Source of the DNA: Paramecium tetraurelia
Taxonomy: Eukaryota
Length of the DNA: 50,118 bases
NCBI GenBank assembly: GCA_000165425.1
Contig: CT867986.1
Span: forward strand, 635,399 to 685,516
Direction: 5' to 3'
A program made the translations under genes and the position numbers. The notes beneath the pieces are model-generated. The model saw only the letters and a program-made list of their open reading frames with translations, was not told where the DNA came from and ran no database searches. This document shows positions 40,652 to 50,118 of this stretch, piece after piece (within the stretch, counting starts at the first letter, position 1; every line of letters begins with the position of its first letter).

Positions 40652-40830
40652 TTATTATTATTTTAACAATTGAACATTATAATTATCAGAATAGAAAACT
40701 CATTTCCAAAGCTCAGTTAATAATTGATTGGGCTTAAAGAAGAGGAGCAAACACATCAATTATAGTACAAAAAATGTTCAAAAGTTGTTTTAATAGTCTT
40801 ATATTAATTAGTACTTATATTATAAAATTA

Positions 40831-41247
40831 ATGAATAATAAAAACTAAGAGGTTTGTGCTCGCTAGAAACTTTTTAATGATCAAGAATTTAAGGAAGTCG
40901 TGAAGACTTTTCATGAGCTTATCATCCAAATAAATAAAAGTTGATGTGATTTTTCATATTTAGGTTTGAAGAAATAAAAGCGAAAAAAATAACATTAGCA
41001 GCCACATCAACAAATATAAAAAAAAAAATAAGTAGAATTAAAATAATTTAAACGAAACTCCTATCATATCCAAATCGCTTATAAGTTATACGAAAGAAAT
41101 AATAAATAAAATTAGATCGATGAATGTGATCCCACTTATCATTCAAAAAAAATAAGAAATAACAACTGTGCCATAGAAGTAGAAAATTAATAATAGACTC
41201 TTACAAATAACAATCTGAAATCAAACGAATCGACTGTACAAAGATGA
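40831..41247 (+). CDS. Small uncharacterised basic protein (130 aa)
   Basis: ATG40831 and a 24-nt intron containing an in-frame TGA give 131 codons. Contains FKRNSYHIQIAYKLY. Confidence 0.65.
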
Positions 41248-41598
41248 GACATAAATATATATTTTTAATGCTCTATATATGTTTTTATAATTACATTTTT
41301 CAAAAATTATTTTTATGAATGTTTTGGTTTTGTACATGTTCTTATTCGCTTTAAACTGAGTTTCATTGTAGATTGAAAAATGTTGAAGATACTTTCCCTC
41401 CTTCAGAAAATATTCCTTATTGTGCAATAAAAATTATAGGGGATATGATATTGAATTTCGTCCATGAGGGACATACACTTATTAAATATTTACTGTGAAA
41501 TAAGGTTTCTAATTAGACAAAATTTCACAAATATAAAATCAAAAATTAGTACATTTTGATAGATATGATGTTAATAATATTATACTTGATTAAACAAA

Positions 41599-42523
41599 TC
41601 ACACGCTTAAATCTTACTCAATATTTTCAACTAATTTATGTTCTATTTCTTCCTCATCTACATTCTACATGTGAATAGTAAAATGTCGGATTCCAGTTTC
41701 AATTCTGCTCTACATTCTTTAAAATCTTCTTCTTGCTCTCATAGGAGAAATCGCATTGCCTTCCTCATCTTCATGTTAGGATGGAGATTAAACCTTAGGT
41801 GGTTTGAATTTTATTTTAAAAATTTTAGACATTTCTTCTGGTATGCTATCTTCCAAAGATAGTTCCTCTATAAAACCAGTTTCTACTCTAAATAACCACC
41901 CATGAACCATTACGGCTAAAAATATATTTGGAAAATAATACGATGCCCTTCTTGCCATGATTTCTAGACAATTGGGTTTCTCCAAATATTTAATACTTAT
42001 TCCCTAACATTCATACAGCATAAACAATTTATTTAATCATCTTCCTCAGCAAATGAATTGATTAACTCTTAATGTTTTTCATAAACTAATTTAATTTAGT
42101 TTAACCATAAATCTAATAATCCACCCACTGAATCCTACTTCATAGCAGCCTTAATGCCACCACAGCATGTATGTCCCATGACAATTATGTTGTGAACCTT
42201 TAGATGCTCTATGGCATATTAAATTACACAGTTGATCTAAATTTAGTATTTTATTTTACATTTAAATCTGTAGGAATGACTATATTTGCAATATTTCTGT
42301 GGATGAAAATTTCTCCAGGATCAGTCTCTGTGATTTCATTTGGGGGTGCTCTTGAATCTGAGCAACCAATTAATAAATATTTAGGATTTTAACCCTTAGC
42401 TAATTTTCTAAAGTAATCCTCATCTTAAGCTAGTTTTTTCTTCACATAACTCTTGTTTCCTTCTAGAACTTTATTATAAAGCTTATATTCTTCTATGCTT
42501 TCATGAACAATTTATGTTTACAT
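41599..42523 (-). CDS. Beta-class carbonic anhydrase
   Basis: Zn ligands in LIGCSDSR and [28 protein letters not shown]. Introns of 23 and 26 nt give 292 codons. Confidence 0.96.
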
Positions 42524-42800
42524 ATTTAAATTTTGAATTATTATTTATTTAAATCACGTGACTGTATTGAATTTATAAGTGCTAAATTTATATGAAAAGT
42601 GATGTTGTTTGACGTATTTCGTATGTTTTTTCTAATTACAACATAATTCCTTCATTTTGTTGCTTTTTAATTAAATTACTTTTCTTAGAGATAATTATAA
42701 GATAATCATTAATTATTAGAAAGCAGGCTATCAAATCTGAATTAAATCAACTTAAGGAACAATTAAAATACATAATTTTTATAACATAAAATATTTCAAA

Positions 42801-45026
42801 TCATAGATAGTCAAATTAATAATCTAACCTTATCATTAAACTTACTACGTAAGTCTTTGATTATGATATGCTAATATTATAAATTAATATTATTACTAAA
42901 TTTTAATAATTTTGATAAGTTCTCTATAGGCTTCGTCAAAATTCTTTATGAAAGTTTCATACAAAGTTTAAAATTGCTTTCCACTAACTAATTCAGTAAT
43001 TTTTTCATTTATTTACACCTTTTTGGATACAAAATCATCTTTAAAAAAGGACATCAATGATGAATTTTATTTTTGAATTTATGAACTAAACTGACTGCAA
43101 AAATTTGTGCATTTGTTAAAGATTTTCCAAAAGTCCTAATCAATAATAAGAGATTCTTTCAAGCAATTCTCCGAAAATCTCATGTGCTATTCTTTAACTT
43201 CCTCAAAATTGTCTGCATTTTATAAGTTCTAAATTAAACTTGTATAATTCTTTTCTACTACATCATAAGACACATAATATAACTAAATATAGGTTTTATC
43301 ATATTACATAATTTTTCACTAAATGCTGCATTCTAGAAAGTAAAAAATTTTATTTCAAAAATTTTTAATGCAATCCAGTGTCTTTTAGTTATTTTTAAAA
43401 TACCCAGGCTTCATTCAGCTATTTTAATAAATAGTTCAAACTCATAAGACTTCTAAATAAAATTTAATAATTTAGTAAGCTAGCCCTAGAAAATATTAAA
43501 TTAGCAGGCCATTCAACCTTTATATCCAAAGTGAATAATTCTATTCCTTTTAATTTTTAATTTCTCGGAGGTTTATTTTCATTAATATCAATTCCTCTTA
43601 AATTTCTAATTGCATAAATTTATTCACTTATTGTATATTAATCAATATAACAGACCAAATCATCTTTATATGCATCATTACTGGCTATTGATCTAACAGC
43701 CAGGTCAAACAAACTTTCAAGCTTTTCTTTCGAAATTTCTCTTATATCTTTAACAAGTTCAGATTCAGCAGCCTCGATGAAATGAATAAAGAAATCCCCT
43801 GAATCAAATAGAAAGAAGGTTTTAATTGTTTTTAATCTTTTATGAATATTTTCTTTTTAAAACAAGAGGTTTATGATTTCTTTATTAGCCCATTCAAAGC
43901 AGGACACCAAGTGAGAGAAATCTTAATTTTACACTATATGACCTTAATTCTTAATTAAAAAATTATCAAAAGGAGATTCTTTTTATCCAATTACATTGAT
44001 ATATTTACCAGTCCTTAAAATTATATCTTAATATTTTTCAAGAAATTTCGGAATCTAAGAGTTTCTCAGTGCAAATCGCTAATCCCAAAAGTCGTTTTTA
44101 TAGTCAGTTTCCAAAGAGGATTTTTGAATTTTTTTTTCCGCTACTAAAAATTCTTCAAAGGGATCATCTATTCTACCATAATATATCCAATTTGAAAGTT
44201 GTTTCATGTATGGGAGAAACGATTTCTAAAGCAAGAATGAATAAACTTCAACTATTTAAGGGTCAGTGCTTGTATTGATAAAATGTGTAATTGTACTCAA
44301 TAAAGTGCCTCCTATTTACTTTGATAAACTTTAAATTAAAACATAAATTGAATTAATTATTCTTATTGATGGTTGAGTGTAATACCAAAATTTTTATAAA
44401 GTTATTTCTCCTTAATTAAATTCATAATCAAGTTAATTGACCATTAATAGATATTTTTACATTAATTCTTTAATCGCTGAGCAAAATGCTTAAGAAATGT
44501 ATCCATTTTCAAATTTTATTTTTTATTGGATATAGTTTTCAATGAAATCATGCTGAGAGCACATTGGCAGAATTTTGGACACCATTTATTATAATGATAG
44601 GTCACAAGTGCTTTACTCTAAATGGCCCTCTATTTGATACTCAAATGAACCATTTTTTTTTTTTATATACTAACCTTCTATGCTCATCATGGCATATAAA
44701 AGATCTTCAATTAAATATATTGATTAGAGTTGATAGGAGTGACTCCCTATTGGTTTTCTTTCATTTTATTTAACTAAACATTAAGTTAATTAATCGGAAC
44801 TTTGTAAATAGCTTAATGAGATAAATGGTCTTTGCTAGAACCAATCTGGCAAAGGCGGAAAATTGCTTCTTTACAGTTTCCAGGTAGAATCTTACGAAAT
44901 AGTTGGTCCATTCCAAGAGCAAAATAAAGATAGTTCTGATATCAAGTAATTAGCATCATTGAATTTAAATACTACATCATCATTTTCTGTGATTGCTTTT
45001 TTCAAATTTACAGTTCCTTATATCAT
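42801..45026 (-). CDS. TUBGCP2: Gamma-tubulin complex component 2 (Spc97/GCP2); the 5' end may extend further upstream
   Basis: FPPLPDWFQQRP, LIEDLLYAMMSIEGQYI, GYISQAFCSA, ILRTGKYINVI, IKTFFLFDSGDFF, VEWPANLI, YELLF, HEIFGELLERISLI, RLDY near the C-terminus. Confidence 0.88.
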
Positions 45027-45514
45027 GAATTTTGTAGCCTTGCTATGCGAGGCCTCCTGATAAGGAATATTTTCAAGCTTTAATTCTCCATTTTATTAAC
45101 AACAAAGATATGCTTATAAACTAAAATTGAGTTTAAAATTAAATTACGCACCCAGGATTATATATCAAAACGGCAGATTACATAATTATTGGTCCTACAT
45201 AATCTTAATTTGCTGCATTCAAAATTTAAAAAATTTCCCGCTATTTGTTACATTCTGTATGTTTAAAAAAAGGATGGCAACCTGAAGAAAGTAATCTATT
45301 ATTTTAATCAATTGTTAAGTATCGATTTGTTCTATTATTCTTAATTGCTAACTTTAATTAATGAGAAATTCTTTACACACTATTTGTATTCCATTAAATT
45401 TAATTAAATATAATTTATTATAAATATTTGATTTAAGAGACATTCTGTTCTTCAGATTTTCGATAATATTTAAGCTAATAATCAATGTACATTATTTTAT
45501 ATAATTTATGAACT

Positions 45515-46605
45515 TCATTTTATTTATTTTTCTAGGATGGAAATAATTTCTGATCCTTCGTCTAAACTTTGTAGCATCCAATCTAATTATTATGATGTTT
45601 GTTCAAGTTATTATGGTAAAAATATTGTTTATTAATGCAATTACTTTAATGAAATCAATCTACTAAGTATTTTTGGAATTTCATCAATGCTATTCAAAGT
45701 AAATTCATGCTTTTTTTGAATCATTGACACTTAATTAGATAAATCCTATTACTATTCTGTTTTATTTAGTGATTCTTATTATTCATAAATTCGATTCAAT
45801 TTTTAAATCATCTCTTCATCGTTTCTTAATAAATTAGCTTAAATTTTCAACAATTAAGTATGAGCCATTATATTTTATGGATCACTTTCTTATATAGGTA
45901 AAGTGTATTGTCCTATTAAATTAAAGTCATGCTTATCCTTTTTTTCATTCACTTTATCACTTCCGCTAAATAATTCACTACCCCTCACAAAAAATGTCTC
46001 CCCATTATTATTAGATTTAACTTAATTCATTCCAATTTTTTAATTTAACACCTCAATCCTCTTTTAAAATTGATCTAATTCTTTTTCATCAATAATTTAT
46101 AAGTTAATGTCTATATTATCCGATTAAGGAGGATCAGAAGAAATTTGATCTAGTTAATTTTGAAGTTTTGATTTATCCTATTTTGGTTTTCTTTTGATCT
46201 TTTATTTCAGAATTACAAGTTAACTCTAAACATCAGATAAATCTTTAAGATATTTGCTGGCTTCAGGTCTTGAAATTTCTATGTAGATAATATAATACAT
46301 TGCGATCCTATTACACTGCCATTAATTAGGTCATTTAAGACTTCACATTATAGAAGGAGCTGCTCTATCATTTATTTATATTCTCCTTCAGCTTTAAAAA
46401 CTGCTTTTTCAAATTTTTAATTTTCGTACAACTTTGAAAGAGCCTCTTTGAAAGTACAATTAATCCTTTCTAGCTCTCCTTTTTAATCCTTATCTTAAGA
46501 CTCTCTCTTTTTTGATGAATTATCATTAAAGCCATCAGCATCTACTTAATTATCAGCTGATTCATAATAATATCCTGATATAGAGACTTTCATATTCATA
46601 TTCAT
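45515..46605 (-). CDS. DCTN2: Dynactin subunit 2 (p50 dynamitin)-like
   Basis: YYYESAD and ERINCTFKEALSKL match the dynamitin N-terminal VYETSD / EHI..NPNAAYDKF pattern. Also FQKRIEVLNQKIG and IPKILSRLISLKQLHQQ (human LPELVQRLVTIKQLHEQ). Confidence 0.75.
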
Positions 46606-46624
46606 TATTAAATTTATATTATTT

Positions 46625-47487
46625 TCATAATTGGGAATTCCCATCTAGAGCTTATTATTTTGGTATCTTTGCTTCTGTAACCAATAGTTACTGCTTTAAC
46701 CATTTAGAATATTCTTCTGGATTTTATTGAATTTTCTAGATTTGCTCTGGTGTGTAGTTTGTTGGCTAATTTTGATAATCCTATTGTTAATAAGGTTAGT
46801 AGGGCTATGAGTAAGGTTATTGATATTATTATTAATAATTTTATTATGATTAATCGACAACAGCGCTTTGAGGTTGCATAGATGCAGAATATTTTATATC
46901 AATTTCACTTCGGACATTTTAGGAAATTTGTTAGGTTAGTTTATCCTCTTCTTTCAATAATTTTTATTGCATGTCTTATTTTTCATCATATTTTGCATAT
47001 TTTTCGCTTTTTGCTCCACAATGCCAAATGTACAAAAAGATTTCCATTACACCTACAAAGGCCATAGTAGATGAAACAATAACTACTAACACCCAAGTGA
47101 TATTTCTATCAGTTTCACCGTCGTTATTGATACTAATGATGTTTAGAAGCATTGTTCCTAAAAAGATATTATAAAACCCTCTAAAATATATTATGTCATG
47201 AATACCTTCCAAAATAATTGTCTAAAAATTTAAAGTGTTTTATTAATATTATCCATTCTGCTTCAGCAAATATCAACAAAATTCCAAAAAATATCAAATA
47301 GAAAGGAATGAAAACATCTGCAAAATTATTAAAATTCCCATCAGTGTATTTGTAAATTCCTTTAATAAATTAACTTGTTACCTAGTCCAATTACAGCCAA
47401 AGAAAAGAGAATATTAACCCACATCATAATATTTCGAAGAATGATCCAACAAGATACTGCTTTCACAACTTTTTTTTCTTTTTACAT
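46625..47487 (-). CDS. COPI-associated / Tvp15-like multi-pass Golgi membrane protein with Gln/Pro/Tyr-rich tail
   Basis: FYLIFFGILLIFAEAEW...HFKFLDNYFGRGFYNIFLG; four hydrophobic segments; tail QQYQQPYSQPYQPYQQQ. Introns of 22 and 25 nt. Confidence 0.8.
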
Positions 47488-47503
47488 TTTTTATAAATTA
47501 ATA

Positions 47504-48393
47504 ATGAAAATCTGTTTAAATATAGAAAATGAGGAGAAAAGACTCGTTGACGTCACAGAGCAACCAACTAAATTTTCTTCATCTTTTTATACTGATCAAA
47601 CAAGAGAAATAAAAATAATTAGAGAAGCATTTAACTCCAATAATTTTACATAGCTTAGGGAACTGCCAAATTTTAAAAGTAATCAAAAAAATTTTCCATC
47701 TAGGAAATGCTTTATTGAATAATTCCAAATAAAAAGTGTTTAATGTTTTCGACAATTTTTCGCCCACTGTTAAAGTTCAAGGGATGAACAAATATTTTGC
47801 ACCGTTTACATATATACCAACTGATTATGATTTTGCTAAGTATTTAAAAAGATTAAAGCAATTAATGGATTAAGAAAAATAAAATTACATAAGTACGAAG
47901 CCTTTCTTAAATTGTGCATCAGTGGGAAAGAAACTTAAATATAATGATTAATTTTTTATAAAAGAAAATTTGCTGCCTTTTCACTTATCCGAGGATATTT
48001 TTGATCTCAAAAAGCAATCAGAATCTAGATAAAAAATTATTTCTGAATGTTAAAGACTATCAGGAGCTTTCAAACCGGCTGGAAAACATTATCAAAAATA
48101 CGATGCGGAAATTATTCTTTCAAATCTAAAAAATGCAATCATTGAAGATTATCCAACTTCAAAATTTACAATAACTAATAACTTAGCAAATGTAATTACT
48201 GTTTAATTTCATTTTGAGGTATTTTATTTATAAACATTAGATTAACCCTAAAGAGTTGATTTATTATATGAATGCTTTACTGAATGATGAAAGATTAACT
48301 GATTATTAATTACATAAACTTATTAATGATTGGGGAATTCAAGTAAATTAATCAATAATGGCATTTTCTATGAAATCTCTTTGGATAAAATGA
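47504..48393 (+). CDS. Uncharacterised protein
   Basis: ATG47504 MKICLNIENEEKRLVDV...; two tiny introns; ends MAFSMKSLWIK* at 48391-48393. Confidence 0.75.
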
Positions 48394-48423
48394 ATATTTA
48401 TTTGATATTATTTTTATTTAACA

Positions 48424-49061
48424 ATGAGTTAATAGGAAACATAATAAATGTTAACAAACGAAAACTAATCAAATCTGTAAAATAGACCTTAATCTGCTAA
48501 AAACACATCATAACCTACAGAACAAAATAAATTGAGACCTCAAACATCCAAGCCAGTTTAGATTAATCAAAATATTTTTTCGACAACTCTATAAAAAAAA
48601 GAAATCGCTAAGGATAAATCTCACCCCTTCTTCTAATAAACCAGAGTTAATGATTGTGCCTGCATCAAAGTGGAAAATGGAGTTCCAAAAGCTGTTCCAT
48701 TTTTCTAAAAGCCACAAAAAACATACGCAGAATAGATGGTTAAATTGGGAGTTAAAGAGAGTTTATCTTAGTAATCAGTTTTTAAATTTTTAGGGAACAA
48801 TATAAATTTTAATCACCTGTTTTTGCCACTAGTAAGAGCAAACCTTTATGCAGATACAATCCAAATGCTTAAAGAAATATTTTATAATCTCCAAGCTACA
48901 AGACTCCAAAATCAAATGCATCATCAATACAATTTGGAACTGAAAAGATATAATACAAAACAAGTAGCAGTTATGGAAATCATGCAAATGTAGGATTTAC
49001 AACAAATCCTTTAGTTTTGGCATAAAAAACAAAAGACCTTTAGAAAAATATTTAAAAGTGA
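48424..49061 (+). CDS. Uncharacterised protein (204 aa)
   Basis: ATG48424 and one 23-nt intron give 205 codons. Contains RPQSAK, RPQTSK and KPLCRYNPNAQRN...TPKSNASSIQFG. Confidence 0.75.
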
Positions 49062-49093
49062 CATGTTCGCTTTCATTATACATATAAAATTAA

Positions 49094-49868
49094 TCAACTT
49101 TCTTTTCCAATATAATAATTTTATTTTGAAAATCTTTCTGGAGTTTAAATTGCTCCATTACATTAGACAGCTATCCATAAGGCAAATATTGAAACAAAGA
49201 AGACTATATACCCTGTTAATTGATTCGAAGTAACTGTGTATATCTACATATATAAAAATTCTTTTTACAGTATTGCTAGTTAGTTCGCTCTCATCAGCCA
49301 ACTCGACAGCTACGATTTAATCAGAGGGCTTAATAATCATACATAAATACCTCTGAAGTCTCAGTAATTTCTTCTAATACCTTAACATTTGAAGATATTT
49401 TTGAAAATAGCACAATCAAGATAGCATCCTATTGTTAAGCAAATTTGTCAAGTGCCTTCAAATTTTAAAAGTTCATCGGGATAGTTTATACTTCGAACTA
49501 GAATAAATAAAGCAGAATACCTGATTGTCCTTTTAGAGTCCTTAAGTAAACTAGATCGGAGAATAATCTACAAATGGGGAAACAAATGAGGATTTAGATT
49601 TTAACAATTTCTTAAAATTTTTTAAATTGTCTATCTTTTTCAGTAATTTGCTTTAAAATATTTCATTATCTTAATGAGATGTTTAAATATTTATTAAGAT
49701 CACTTTTTTGTTTTCCTACTAATGTAATATTTTACATACTTGCTATCTTATTTTATTCATCAAATCTATTTAATTGATAAATAAATCGGAGGAGCTCAAG
49801 TCTGTGTTCGTGACAACAATAGGATAGCAATATGCTACCGCAAATAAAACCACAATTATTAAATTCAT
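49094..49868 (-). CDS. Type I membrane protein resembling the V-ATPase accessory subunit Ac45/Voa1 (ATP6AP1)
   Basis: Signal peptide MNLIIVVLFAVAYC. The C-terminal TSNQLTGYIVFFVSIFALWIAVQCNGAIQTPERFSK matches the Ac45/Voa1 TM plus TxxRF tail pattern. Four tiny introns. Confidence 0.65.
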
Positions 49869-50020
49869 AATTATATTAATAAAAAATGGAATATTTTCTA
49901 TGCTATATCTTTATTAATATCTCTATTGAAGTTAACTCAATTAATTATTAATTGAATAACAGAATAAAAACATGAAGAGTAAATAATTTAGAATATCTAA
50001 ATTATTCTTTCTTAGGATTC

Positions 50021-50066
50021 TTTGGGTTTGGGTTTTGGGGTTGGGTTTGGGTTTGGGGTTGGGGTT
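50021..50066 (+). repeat. Macronuclear telomere, mixed G3T3/G4T2 repeats (Paramecium type)
   Basis: ttt gggttt gggtttt ggggtt gggttt gggttt ggggtt ggggtt at the window end, with the G-strand running 5'->3' outward. Confidence 0.95.
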
Positions 50067-50118
50067 ACTACGATCTATGCAGCTTCAGCCCTGTCCTATA
50101 TCACGCAGGAACGTGCAG

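Noticed and set aside
45027..45300. Extra 5' exon of GCP2 via the 27-nt intron-like segment at 45121-45147
   Set aside because: Splicing it does not give a TGA-free frame joined to GCP2, so the start is left at ATG45026 as uncertain.
49200..49900. Long TGA-poor plus-strand frame near the telomere
   Set aside because: It is the antisense of the minus-strand gene 49094-49868, which has a signal peptide, canonical introns and a TM domain.

Overview
AT-rich, gene-dense eukaryotic DNA from a ciliate macronuclear chromosome, almost certainly Paramecium. Genes read only with translation table 6 (TAA/TAG = Gln, TGA = stop) and carry tiny (about 21-30 nt) GT..AG introns. The window ends in a mixed T2G4/T3G3 telomere at 50021-50066. 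The supplied standard-code ORF track therefore shows only exon fragments or spurious antisense ORFs. Manual re-translation gives about 32 protein-coding genes: short TPPP/p25alpha, four paralogous CAMK-like kinases (one canonical, three with degenerate motifs), a MORN protein, an AGC kinase, adenylosuccinate synthetase, EFHB/CFAP21, a PTB/hnRNP-L-like RRM protein, an extended mitochondrial S16, a USP deubiquitinase, a bacterial-type YgiD/DODA dioxygenase, a RAP-domain-like protein, ARMC9, a 2-TM ciliate family protein, an EGF-TM-RING protein, a pyruvate-kinase-like probable pseudoenzyme, PEX19, a FAM166/CIMIP2-like protein, beta-carbonic anhydrase, GCP2, dynamitin, a COPI-associated protein, an Ac45/Voa1-like protein and several unknowns. 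The most notable observations are the intact but catalytically mutated pyruvate kinase head-to-head with PEX19, the pseudokinase series, a probable bacterial gene transfer sharing a 21-nt divergent spacer with a RAP-domain gene, 16-23 nt intergenic spacers, and a CRE-like octamer about 106-110 nt upstream of three cytoskeletal genes. All product calls come from motif recognition by eye, with no database search. Some exon boundaries are approximate.
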